Shown: positions 26,335 through 38,665 of the stretch, piece by piece
How positions within the stretch are numbered: the stretch's first letter is position 1
Layout of the letters: every line of letters starts with the position of its first letter
From: Welwitschia mirabilis
Taxonomy: Eukaryota
Length of the DNA stretch: 54,683 bases
Direction of reading: 5' to 3'
Assembly: GCA_051453625.1 (NCBI GenBank)
Contig: JBOZIK010000001.1
Location: 11,510,080-11,564,762, forward strand
Position numbers and translations under genes: made by a program
The notes under the pieces: model-generated
What the model was told of the DNA's origin: nothing
What the model saw: only the letters and a program-made list of their open reading frames with translations
Database searches by the model: none

Positions 26335-27363
26335 TATTAGGATCGAAAGGAATCCTTTAGAAGGGGGACGAAGGGTGAATAGGGCATTTATTAAAAATTA
26401 CTATTTATCTCACATGGGTAACTAAATTTGAATCTTACTTAAGATAATGAATCAAAGTAAATGAAAAAAACAAAAGCAAGTGAAAGAAATAAATAAGTAA
26501 AAAGTATGCACTAAAGATTTATAGTGGTATGGCAATCCTTGCCTCCTCCACTCTCAGGGGACAACAATGTGCTCTCAAGCTCTTAGTTTTCTTAGAAAAC
26601 CCTTCTTCAAGGGAAGTTTATAACATCCTTTACCAAGGGTCACTTTACAACATCCTTCACTAAGGATCACTTTACAACACCCTTCTCTTAAGGGTCAGAT
26701 TACTTAATATAATGGACATTCACAAATAGTTAATTAAATAGAAGTGATGATTTGTATGCCTTTCATGTATAATACACTAACATGTAGTACAATAATCTCT
26801 CAATAAGATAATACAATGTAGGAGCAGAGATAGAGAAGAAGAAGCTTGTTTTAATGAATGGATTATATGTAGGTCAATTCTCCATACATGTCATTTCAAA
26901 TGCAATATATATATAATTTACAGGGAAGGAACTAAAGGTAACCTTAGAAAGGGTTATTTCTCAATGTAAATACCATTAAAACCTTATTTCTAGTTATTGA
27001 AGGCTTTGAATTAGAACCTAAATTTTGTCTGAGCAAATTTTTGATGGCAATGGTTAATTACTTGAACATCTTGGTTTTGATTAATAGAAAACTGAGATAT
27101 AGGCCAGATGTCCTGGTTTTGATGCTTAGACGTTCTAGTACATTTGGCCGAGTATAGGTCTAGATGTTTTAGTTTGTAAGGTGGATGTTCTAATATATTT
27201 TGTTTACATACAGGCTCGGGCATCTTGGTTTTAAACTTTAATGTCCCAATGTATTTTGCTTTGGTCTAGTATTTAACTTCATTCTTTTTGCAACTTCAAT
27301 TAAAGACTAGGATCTTAGATTATATTGTTATATTATTCATCATTGAAATAAATCTTACCAACA
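26335..27363 (-). repeat. 3' LTR of D (1029 bp)
   Basis: Aligns with 29964-31015; SIRE-type terminal motif (ATTCACCC..CCCCCTTCT on -); ~27-bp tandem units at 26620-26690. Confidence 0.92.
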
Positions 27364-27385
27364 ATCTCCTCCTTTTCAATGATGA
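27364..27385 (-). promoter_or_regulatory. Polypurine tract of D
   Basis: - strand CATCATTGAAAAGGAGGAGAT abuts the LTR TG; extra PPT-like tracts at ~27441-27450 and ~27695-27715, as in the SIRE multi-PPT signature. Confidence 0.8.
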
Positions 27386-28599
27386 AAACTTCTTAATTGC
27401 CTAGACAGAGAGAGATTGGGAGTTAATTATCATTTACTTTACTCCCCCTAAATTTATGCCTTCTAAGAGTGTATAATGCATTAAAGGTATAATAATTAGT
27501 TTTAACTAATTCTAATTGTACAAACTCATATTATGACATTCTTTGTGATACCATGCAAAAACAACTAATCTGTAGTCATAACATTAGAGTATAATAGACA
27601 TTCTACTAATATATTTCACAAATCAAATCAAATAGATTATAAACATAAATAAGGACAATCTTCAAATAGATAGAAAACATAGATAAGCACAACTCTTTTT
27701 CTCCTTTATCATCATTAAAATATAATATTAAGCTAAAAATGTACACATATGTAAGAAGCTTCATAATTTTATTAAGTAGAAATTGATTATTCTCTATTAA
27801 CCAAGGAATAAGAATTAGTAAGCATAAATCCATCATGTAGTAAGCTTAACTATTTCTTACTTTCTCCTACTTTCTCCTACTTTCTCCTACACCCTTATAT
27901 ATAGATTTAAAATCATTCATTATAAATATGGAGACAACACATAAGAATATATTTCATCTTAAGTAGAAACTCAAATCCAAAGCTAATTAATGGGAGAATT
28001 ATCATTGAAAATTAAAGCATGTATGCTAAGATGATAATTTAAGATTTAGAATTACTTAAAAATTATTATGATGATAAAAAATGTAGGATCACTTCTAAAT
28101 ATTAAAAACTTAAAATCATACCTTATGAGGACAATCCCTAGTCCCTAGATTTCTTCTCAAATACATGAATTTATTCTTTTTTAGTGCTTTTGTCATTATG
28201 TCATTATGAACTAATCTTATATTCTTGATGGTGTAACTTTTATTATTTTTAATCAAAGATTCCTTCCTAACTCATCACCAGTTGCTCCTCATTTTATAAT
28301 GCTTATTATGATCAGCTAAAACTTTGTTTTTAAACCTAAAATTATTGTTACATCTAAAATACATAGCTTTCTTGTATGGGCATGAAAATTGTATGTGTTC
28401 ATATTATAGGTAATAATAAAAATTTGAGTCTATCCTTACCAAAAGAATAATATTTAGTACTTGGACTAGAAAAGTTGAAAGATAAGAGACACACTAAAAT
28501 AGCTTTCAATACTTGATTTGTTAAAGGTTCTCTTACCTAGTCCCAATAATTTAAGATTCTTTTTTTCATTGCCTAGTCATTCAATGACTATCTTGCACA

Positions 28600-29898
28600 T
28601 TCTAATTCTTTGAAAAAACACTTGATCTTATTATGAGAAAAATTTATATTTAATTTAAGATTAGTTATATGTTTCTTCAATGCTACATTTTTCTTACCAA
28701 GTAAAATACTATGCTCATATAAACTCTCATAGGCTCTAGCTAATTCATTTTATTCAAGATCAGAATCAACACATTCTTCAAAATTAAAATTAGAATGTAC
28801 CTCATCTTATTCTTCTACTATTTCAATAAATCCAAAGTCTAATAAATCTTTTACCTCATTTTTCATGGATACTAATCCAAAGTTAAGAGCTTCCTTATTA
28901 TCACTTGATTTAATCTCTTAATCATAGTCCCATGTGGCCTTTAGAACCTTTTTTCTTCTACTTGTAAGCTTTTTTTCCTCCTTCTTATTGATACACTCTG
29001 ATACAATATAATTAAATCTCTTGCATTTATAACATTATAATAAATCAAATGAATTCTTACCTTTGTTTCTGCTACGTGTGGATACCTTGGCTGATAGGTT
29101 GTATTCCCTCTTCTTGCAAAGGAACTTTTTAAAATTCTTAGCTAAGATAGCTAGATCATTATCTTCTAAGTCCTCAGTGGATTAATTATCTTCTTCGTCC
29201 TTTGAACAGGATCTCAAAGCAATATTTTTCCTTTTGGGAGGATCCTCTTCTATTTGTAAGGGAGCTTGATATGTCATAAGAGACACTCTAAGCTCTTCTA
29301 CTAGGATTTTATTAATATTTATACTTTTCTTTATGGTTGTAACTTTGGACTTGAATTTTTTGGTGAGGCTTCTAAGTATTTTATGAACCACTCTATTTTC
29401 AACAACTACTTCTCTAAGTCCTCACATGTCATTAACAATGTCATTGATATTACTAGTGTACTTAGCTATGGATTTGAATTCCTCCATCTTCATGATTTCA
29501 AAATTTATTTTTAGCATCTAGAGATTTGCATCTTTTACAACACTTATTCCTTCATGAGCTACCTTTAAAGTCTCCTAAATCTCTTGTGCGGTTAAGCATT
29601 GAACCACTTTCTTATATTCTTTTAGAGATAAAATGGATATTAAGGCATTCATAGCTTTGGCATTTAACTAGATAGACCTTTCGTCTTTTACAACCCATTA
29701 ATTTCTAGGTTTGGATACCAGTTTATCATTAACTTTCTTAGAAGGTGGAAAATACCCAAATTCCACAATATCTCAAATGTCACAATCCAGTAACTATAAG
29801 AATATGATCATTTTGGTCTTCCAATATGCATAGTTTAATCTAGAAAATAGAGAAGGTCTTGAGATAGGTTGTTCTTTTGTGTAGCTTGTGAATGTCAT
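28600..29898 (-). pseudogene. gag: gag of element D (disrupted)
   Basis: MTFTSYTKEQPISRPSLFSRLNYAYWKTKMIIFL from ATG 29898; UBN2-type VHKILRSLTKKFKSKVTTIKKS..EELRVSLMTYQ..KNIALRS (ORF 29182..29391); knuckle CYKCKRFNYIVSEC (~28994-29035). Confidence 0.88.
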
Positions 29899-29949
29899 CT
29901 AGGATGAACCTGTAATCATAGAAAAAATACACTAATCTAGAGAAACTCG

Positions 29950-29961
29950 GCTTTGATGCTA
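29950..29961 (-). promoter_or_regulatory. Primer-binding site of D (tRNA-iMet, decayed)
   Basis: - strand TAGCATCAAAGC versus consensus TGGTATCAGAGC, 2 nt from the LTR. Confidence 0.8.
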
Positions 29962-29963
29962 AT

Positions 29964-31015
29964 TATTAGGATATAAAGGAATCCTAGATGGAGGTTGAAT
30001 TGGTGTTTATTAAAAATAACTATTTATCTCACATGAGTAACTAAATCTGAATCTTGCTTAAATGAATGAATCAAAGTAAATAAAAAAAGAAAAGCAAGTG
30101 GAAGAAACAAACAAGTAGAAAGTCTGTACAAAAGATTTATAGTGGTTTGTAAATCCTTGTCTACTCTACTCTTAGGGAGTAGCAACATGCTCTAAGCCTC
30201 CTAGCTTCCTTAGAACACCATTTTCCAAGGACAGCTTACAACATCCTTTACCAAGGGTCACTTTATAACATCCTTTACCAAGGATTACTTTACAACACCC
30301 TTTTTTTAAGGGCCAGCTTACTTAATCCCATAAGCACTTACAAATGATTAATTAAATTGAAGGCCTAATGATTTGTATGCCTTTCATACACAATACACTA
30401 GATGTAGTACAACAATCTCTCAATGAGATGATATAATGTAGGAGTAGATATACAAAAGAAGAGACTTTTTTTTTAATGAATAGATTATACACAAGTCAAT
30501 TCTCCATACATGTCATTTCAAATGCCATATTTATACAATTTACATGAAAGGGAGCAAAAGTAACCCTATAAAGGGTCATTTCTTAATGTGAGTACCATTA
30601 AGAACATTTTTCTAGCCATTCTAGGCTTTGAATTAGCACCCAACATTCATCTGAGTGTGTTTTCCATGGCAATAATTAACTACTTGGATGTCCCACTTAG
30701 AAAATCTAGTTGTTCTAGTTTTTAATTTACTATTTAAAAAAAACTAAGATATAGGCCGAATGTACTAGTTTTAATGCTCGGATGTCTCGGTACATTTGGC
30801 TGAGTACATGTCTAGACATCTTGGTTTGTAGGACGGATATCCTAGTATATTTTATTTACATACAAGCTCAAACATCCTGATTTTGAACTCTAATGTTCTA
30901 GTGTATTTTGGTTTGATCTAATACTTAATTTCATTCTTTTTTCAACTCTGATTGAACACCAGGATCTTAGATTTTATTATTCGATTATTCATCATTAAAA
31001 TAAATCTTACTAATA
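29964..31015 (-). repeat. 5' LTR of D (1052 bp)
   Basis: Direct repeat of 26335-27363. Confidence 0.92.
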
Positions 31016-31511
31016 TTATCACTAGGCTATAACTCGGTTATAAGCCTTACATTTTTAACCATAGATTTGTACTATCTCTAGGGCTATCATTAGGCCATAC
31101 TTGGGATATAAGCTTATTAGTGTATTTATCACTAAACTATAGTTGTACTATATGATTCATTATTATATGTAACATTAGACTACAATTGTGTCATAAAATA
31201 AAAACTTAAATATTTCATCATTAATTAATAAATTTAAATTATTTTTGAATTGTGATCATGATTCTATCATTTTCAAAGAATGCTTTAAAGCATTTTAAAC
31301 ATGGTAAACATGACTATATCAATTTTAAAAATTTCATATTCATAAATTTAACTATAAATCTTGTAAAGTTGATGAACTTTATCAACTATTATATTAAAAT
31401 TTGGTAAATAAATTTTTTATGCATATCATTAATGATTTAATTTATTTAATTCAACTATCTATAAAAGTTTGCTAAACTAAATGTTAAATTAATTAACTTA
31501 TGTGATCATTA
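31016..31511 (-). repeat. 5' LTR of C, distal part (putative)
   Basis: Continues the TATCACTAGG motif array; - strand start TAATGATCACATAAG resembles decayed Athila TGATGAGCAC. End approximate. Confidence 0.5.
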
Positions 31512-31779
31512 GATGTCTATAAATAAACAAATCCTTATCCTTACATCATTATTATCCATACATAAGCTAAATGTCTCATATTTAAGCTTCTCAAACCATC
31601 GAAACTATAATTCTAACCATTGTAAGATGTCTTCTATCTTATCTTGAAGACATTTACTTCCTTAAGAGACTTCTTACTTATTAAGGTTAAAGTTCTTACT
31701 TTATTATTTAATGTTTTCTCATTCTCTTCTCTAGTAACTTGCACAAAGGATGCTTCTAGTTCTGCAAGTACATATAAGA

Positions 31780-32463
31780 TTAAAAAAGAAAAATAATTTG
31801 CTCATGAACATAGCTATGAATCTTATTTCATTAATTCAAATGTAGAACAAAAGTAAATAAACAATCAATGTATTAGTAAAAAGGGCTCTTAATTTTAAGC
31901 CAAAAAATATATTGCTAATTTAAACATCTTGGATGGGAGAAATTATTGGATATTACTTAGGATGTCCCTAATTAGATGGTTTATGAGTTGTATTACAATG
32001 TCCATAAAAAAGATGACACTGCAAGAACCTTTAGAATGCAAGTAAGTAGTATAATCCTTAACATTACTCTTTAATTTATCAATCATCTACTTAGAATAGA
32101 TGTAGCTAGTATTCTACAAATGTGTATTTCCATTTTAAAAGTGTTTTTACATGTAAAGCAGTTAGAATTTCTTATAAATATTTAACAACTTACATTTTTA
32201 ACTATCTAGTATTACTTTTGATGAAAATATTGAGGTAAAAGGAATGAATTTTGATGCATTCACCTTGATCTTAATAGTATTTTATAATATTCTCATAATA
32301 GTATTTTATAATATTCACCTTATTACAAACTTTTAGTTTTTACTACTTGCTAGCTAGTATTTATATAGATATTAGATATTCCATTGGTAAAGATATGATT
32401 TTATCATATTACTATGATTAAAATTTTAGCCATCCACTCTTAATTAGTATGCTTATTTCTAGT
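31780..32463 (+). pseudogene. env-like ORF remnant of SIRE element F
   Basis: KHLGWEKLLDIT*DVPN*MVYELYYNVHKKDDTARTFRMQVSSIILNITL*FINHLLRI (~31922-32098) fits the GW..L....LV.EFY.N...V.G..I.IT...I...L pattern of SIRE/Athila env-like proteins. Confidence 0.62.
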
Positions 32464-32781
32464 GATTTGGAGTAGGACAGTAGAAGAACTCATTCACATC
32501 ACACACTGAGAACCAAGATTGATGCAAAAGCAAATAACCAAAACTAAAACAACACATGAAGGTGTAGAGAGAATAATAGTGATTATTAAAATCCTTGATA
32601 CCCTTAAAACAATACATATACCACTTATTTATAGGACATAAGTCCTTTCAATAGAAATTCCTAAATAGTATGAGAATAAAGAAAAATGAAAAAAAATAAC
32701 AATATATGCTGAATTGCAAAATATAAGAATAAAACTATGGGAGTAATATCATTCTACATCAGATTTGTTCCATGTCATGCT

Positions 32782-33967
32782 TGTTAGATTATGTTTTTCT
32801 TATTGATGTTAAACTAATATTTTCTATATAGTAAATTTTGTGTATCTTGTGTAAAAGATGTTAATTTCTTGTAGTTCTAAAGATGAAACCAAAACCATCA
32901 AATTCTGAGGACTAGAAACATGTCAGTTCATTTATCCTCTTGAGGGGTTGACTAGAATTTTAAAGGGTTAACTGCACCTGAAGCAGACAAAAAAAAAAAA
33001 ACTAAATCTATATTGGTCAACTAAACATGAAGCCATAAGAAACTGGGGTAACTAACATTTTCACTCAGATAATCTATGTAAGTTACGATACTAGATGGGG
33101 TCAACCAGACCTTTAAGGGATCGACTGGATAGAATGGAACTAAAATTTTCTATTCATTTTATATCTGTTATGTATCTATTAGATAGTCATTTTCTAGTCA
33201 TTTATAGCCGTTCAAAGTTCATTTCAAATGTAATAAATCCTAAAATCTTTCCAATATAAATAGCTAAGAGATATATGACTATAGAATCTTTTGGAATCAT
33301 TTTTAATCTCGTTAATCTTTTGGATCTAAGAAACTAGCACTATAATCTTGTGATATTCTCTGTTGAGTCTTGGAATTTGTACTTTTAATCAATAAAGATC
33401 TATTATCTGTATCATATCTATGTTAAAAGTTAGATCTAGTGATTCATCTAATATACATCTATAGGAGAAGAGATCTATCAAATATACTGTATCAAGAACG
33501 AGTGATATCTGTGCATATTGACATTATTGCATTACTATTTTACATTATGAAAGGTTGAGACTAAGCCTTGAAAATTCTGTTTAAGGTTTGAGATTAAGCC
33601 TAAAAAATTTCATTCAAAGGTTGATACTAAGCCTAAAAAAGTCAGTTTATAAAGGTTACAGGTGAACCTGGAATACCTGGTGGAGTAACAAAGATCCAGA
33701 TCAAGTTTGATGATAAGCCAATCGTCCAGAGTGGAGTAGGAGGTTTCTCGAACCACTATAAATATTACATGAATCTATTTGGTATTTTATGCTTTTAGTT
33801 AGTTTATTTCTTTACTTCTATTAGCTTTTTCTTTTCATGCATATTTTAAATTAGTACATTATTTTATGTAAGTCTTTGATACATCTCTGATTCATTTAGA
33901 ATACTCTATTGTAATTTCTAAGAACCTATTCACCCCCTCCCCCTCCCCAGGGTTCTCGATTCTATCA
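32782..33967 (+). repeat. 5' LTR of E (1186 bp)
   Basis: TGTTAGATT...CTATCA; SIRE-type TATTCACCCCC near the 3' end; three ~33-bp tandem units AAAGGTTGAGACTAAGCC at ~33550-33650. Confidence 0.95.
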
Positions 33968-33969
33968 AT

Positions 33970-33981
33970 TGGTATTAGAGT
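33970..33981 (+). promoter_or_regulatory. Primer-binding site of E (tRNA-iMet)
   Basis: TGGTATTAGAGT versus TGGTATCAGAGC. Confidence 0.9.
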
Positions 33982-34033
33982 AAGGTTAAGTCTTTTTTTA
34001 TATTTTAACTGATCTAGAATTTAGAACCTTACA

Positions 34034-37000
34034 ATGAGTATTTCCTTTGATGACTTTTCAAATATACCCTTCTTAGACACCTTTACTTGTATCTGTATAT
34101 TTTGGATAATATGGGGATATATTTTTAAACAGATTGCAATTAGTGGAAATACACAGAAGTCAAGTGAAAGTGACAAAAGAATAGCTCAAAAATCTAACAA
34201 AAAAAGGAGACTTTTCTTCATGGCACTTGTGCATCCATTATAAAATGTGCCCAATACATGAGAACATGATAACCTTGATGTGATTGATGAAAAATAGGAA
34301 GAGCTGAAAGATACTTATTAAGAGCTATACCAAGAATGTAAAAAGCTGGCTAAAAGGATTAACAATCTAAACAAGATTGTCAAATTTCTCACCAAGGAAA
34401 AGGAGGAAATGAAAACAAGTTTCAAAAGAATCAAATCAGAAAACTCCGACCTCACTCTATAGGTAAAAGAATTATCTCATTTTGTTAATAAAGTTTCTAG
34501 TGGATCTATCAAATTGGAATAGATGCTTTAAGTTTAGAAACCTGTTAGTAACAAGTCAGGTATTAGGGTCATATCTCAAAAACCTAAAAGATAGAAAAAA
34601 CAGATAACTTGTAATGGTAAGTTCCTCTCAAAAGTTACTTTTCATTTCTATATAAGAATTAGTCATTCAAAACTCTTGTGTAATGAAAGAAAATTAATGT
34701 GTTTTGAAACTTAATTACTACTTTTCCTTTTAAATTTATTTCTAAAGGAGGTGTATTACATAAGTCTAAAAGGACTATGTGGGTGAAAGCTAATGATCTT
34801 AAAAGTATTTTAATTTAGATAGATTTCAAGGTTTCAAATAGCATGAGCTGATATCTAGATAGTGGGTGTTCAAGGCATATGGCAAGAGACAAATCTGATT
34901 CAAGCAACTAAGTAACTTTGATAGAGGAAATATGACTTTCGAGAATAATGGAAAAGCAAAAATAGAAGGAATTAGAAGCATTGATATAAGTAACCTTCCT
35001 AAAACTAATGAAGTTTTATATATAAATAATTTAAAGCATATACAAAGGTTACAAGATAGGTTTTGATAAATCAAAATGTGATATTTTACATAGAAGATCT
35101 AATGATGTAATTTCTTAAAGCAAGTAGAATAGATAACATATATAGAATAGATCAATCAATTTTTCTATGTTATTTTTTAAATGTTCCTTAAGAAGAGATT
35201 TGACATAAACAATTAGGTCATGTTAATTATGATCAATTAGAAATGATTATTTATAAAAACATTGTGAAAGGTATTCCTAGCATAAATGTAAAAAAACAAG
35301 GCTTATGTGATGCATGTTAAAAGGTAAAACAAATTAAGACTATGTAAAAGCAAAAACCAGAAGTCCACATCTATGCCATTAGAGCTTATTAATATGAATC
35401 TAGTTGACCCCACTCAAACTCGAGGTCTAGGTGAAAAATGTTATTTTCTCACTATGATTGATGATTTTTCTAGATATACTTAGGTAACCTTCTTATCAAA
35501 TAAATATGAAGCTTACAAACATTAGATTAAGATATGTAAAAAGATTCAAAACAAAAAGGGGTACACCATAAAAAAAAGAACAATCATGGTGGTAAATTTA
35601 AGAATTATTTTTTGAGAAATATTGCATTAAAAATGGAATTGATCATCAATTTTTAGCTCAAAAACTCCACAACAAAATGATATAGCTGAAATAAAAAATA
35701 GAGCCTTTTAAGAAATGGAATGAACTATGCTAAACAATAAGGAGGTTCCTAAATTATTTTGGGCTGAGGTAGTTATCATAACATGATACATTATTAACAA
35801 AGTATATCTTAGACCTGGTATAGATAAAATGCCATATGATTTATGGAAAGGAAGACAACTAAATGTGTCATATTTTAAGGTCTTCAGAAGCAAATGCTAT
35901 GTGCTGAAATATAGAGAACATTTGATCAAATTTAAGTCTAAAGCAGATGAAGCAATCTTCTTAGGTTACTAAACTAGAAGTAGAGCTTATTGTGTTTTCA
36001 ACAAGAGAATCTTAATGATAGAAGAGTCAATAAATGTGTAAATTAATGAGATTAAAACAATACCAAACTGCATAAATGAAGATAAAGCCATAACTACAAG
36101 TATCTCCACTACTAATGAAGGTCCTATTAGAAATAATGAAGTTCCAATAAAAGATGTACACCATAAAAGCCCAAGTTACTTAAAAATCATCCTTTAGAAT
36201 CTATTATTAGAGAAGTTAACTCAAAAATAAAGACAAAAGAATCTATGCAAAATTTGTATGCTCATGTTTTTTATGTTTCAAAGATAGAACCCAAGAAATT
36301 TGAAGAAGCAGAAATTCATGAGGAATGGATGATGACAATGCAAGATGAGTTATTAAAGTTTAAAAGAAATGATGTTTAGAAGCTAGTAGAGAGGCCAAAA
36401 GATAAAAATATCATTGGAATCAAATGGATTTTTAAAAACAAATGTAATGAAAAAAATAATGTCATTAAAATCAAGGAAATATTAATAACATAAAGCTATA
36501 ATAAAATAGAAGACATTGAATGTTTTTGTCTTTTGCAGCTTTCAAAAATCTCAAAGTTTATCAAATAGATGTAAAGAGTGCTTTTCTAAATAATACTTTA
36601 ATTGAAAAAGTCTATGTAGAACAATCACAAGATTTTAGTAATCCTTATAAAACTAATCATGGGTATAGACTTAAGAAAGCTTTGTATGGATTGAAATAAG
36701 CTCTAAGATCTTAGTATGAGAAGCTAGCCATCTTTTTAAATGAAAATGGATATATTTAAGGAATTGTAAACAAAATATTATTTGTAAAGAACTTAATAAA
36801 GAACTTCATTATTATACAGATTTATGTAGATGATATTATCTTTGATGACTCAAATGAAAAGCTATTAAAAAAATTTGCAAACATTATGACATATCAATTT
36901 GAAATAAGTATGTTTGGTGAAGTAAAAATGTTTCTTGGACTTTAGATGAAAGCAATCTAAAGATGGGATATTTACTTCTTAATCCAAATATGTAAGAGAT

Positions 37001-37774
37001 TTAATCAAATCTTTTGGATTAGAAAATGTAAAAACAAATAACACTCCTATGTCTATATCATGTAAAGTAAGTTTGGATGAAAATGGCAAACCAGTGGATC
37101 AAAAACTTTATAGAAGTATGATTGGTAGCTTATTATATTTAATTGCAAGTAGACCAGATATTATGTTTAGTATTGGAGTTTGTGTAAGACATCAATCCTA
37201 ACCAAAATAATCACATCTACAAGTAGTAAAAAGAATAATTAGGTATGTAAAAGGCACATGTGATTATGACTTCTGGTATCCCACTGAGACATCTTTCAAA
37301 CTTACAAGTCTTAGTGATGCAGATTAGACTGGTTGTAAAGATGATAGAAAGAACACAAGTAGAAATTGCTTTATATTAGATTCATATTTAGTAGGATGGA
37401 CAAGTAAGAAATAAAATTCCATTCTTCTCTCTACTACAGAAGTAGAATATATTGCAGCAGGTAGTTGTTGTACTTATCTTTTATGGATGAAAGAAATGCT
37501 AAAGAATTCTGGTGTTAATTTTGAATAATTTCCTATTTTCTATGACAACACTAGTGTTATCAACATATCGAAAAATCCTATTCAGCACTTAAGAAACAAG
37601 CATATTGAGCTAAGACATCATTTCCTATGGGACCAAGTCAAAAAATGACACATCTCTATGAACTTTGTGAGTATAGACTAACAACTGGCAAATATTTTAA
37701 CTAAACCCATAAATTTTAATATTTTTCTTCATCTTAGAAATGAACTAGGGATTATCTCGCCATCCTATGACTGA
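34034..37774 (+). pseudogene. gag-pol: gag(partial)-pol of E with many stops and frameshifts
   Basis: Protease *YLDSGCSRHM (34849-); pre-integrase *HKQLGHVN (~35201); integrase PLELINMNL and KTPQQNDIAE; RT VYQIDVKSAFLN and QIYVDDIIF (YVDD 36823-36834); RNase H SDAD*TGCKDDRKNTS and YDNTSVINISKNPIQHLRNKHIELRHHF. Confidence 0.95.
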
Positions 37775-38653
37775 TTGCAGGATGATTGACCAGATTCTTA
37801 ATTCAGTTGATCGGATGTGATTGGTCAACTGAATTAACAATTTAATTACTCAGACCCTCTTGGTTCTATAGATGTTTCAGTGAAAGTTAATAGTGTAAAA
37901 TGGAAGTTTTCATTTGTTTTCCTTGCTTTTATCTATTCATTCTATTCATTCTATTTATGTTTTACTTTTAAACTTTTATTCTCTCCTTTGTCATTAATGT
38001 CAAAAGGGGGATAATTAGTTGTTTGTTGTTGGATGTTTTTCTTATGATTTTAGATGTAGCATTCTCTTAATGAATACTTTTATTTTGTAATGTTTGCATA
38101 TATTTCCATCAACCCTTTAACATCTACTACAAGAATAACAAGTTAAGTTGTAAAACATGTATAAGATCATACAAGATTTAACATAACTTGAACATGTAAA
38201 AATACAATAATTATCTACATGCACTTCACTTTAATGCTCTAAATTATTTTCAATTGGTATTTCAATTTTTTTTATGCTTATGCAAATAATATGTGCTTAA
38301 CATGTTTTTCTACTGGTATCATACATGCTTAACTTAAAAATTTTAAAGTCTCAAATAGTTATTTCACAAATTTAAATGTTGATATCAAATGTTAAAAATA
38401 AATTCTAAAATGTGACAACTGATCAAAATGTTAAATGGTTTATATAATTACATTGTGCTTTTTATAAAATTTGTGCTCTTAACCCTTCAAATATGCATAT
38501 TAAATTTATTCTATTTTAAGCACAAAATTTAATTATTCAATATGTCTTAACTTAGTTTAAAAGGTGAAATATTTTATAATAGGCATTTTATGAGGGGGAG
38601 CTTTTCTAAGTCCTAAATATTTTTACAACTAATTATTATTTTCCATCAGTGTC

Positions 38654-38665
38654 AAAGGGGAAGAT
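38654..38665 (+). promoter_or_regulatory. Polypurine tract of E
   Basis: AAAGGGGAAGAT abuts the 3' LTR; upstream PPT-like copies at ~38003 (AAAAGGGGGATA) and ~38593 (GAGGGGGAG). Confidence 0.88.

Larger units (their letters stand above)
26335..31015 (-). mobile_element. Element D: SIRE-type Ty1/copia, gag-only (TR-GAG-like), 4681 bp
   Basis: LTR pair, perfect TSD TTATC (26330-26334 / 31016-31020), iMet PBS, PPT, SIRE-type gag. No INT or RT motifs in the ungapped 2.6-kb interior. Confidence 0.92.
10750..31511 (-). mobile_element. Element C: old Athila-type gypsy element, 3'-truncated, host of nested B and D
   Basis: Order on - strand: split LTR (31511-31016 plus 26334-24936), tRNA-Asp PBS, gag, protease, RT, RNase H. 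No integrase or 3' LTR recognised. Outer LTR end approximate. Confidence 0.78.

Noticed and set aside
33550..33650. ~33-bp repeats (also 39753-39850) and ~27-bp repeats in D LTRs as a CRISPR-like array
   Set aside because: Units are directly tandem without unique spacers, sit inside both LTR copies, and there are no cas genes; context is eukaryotic.
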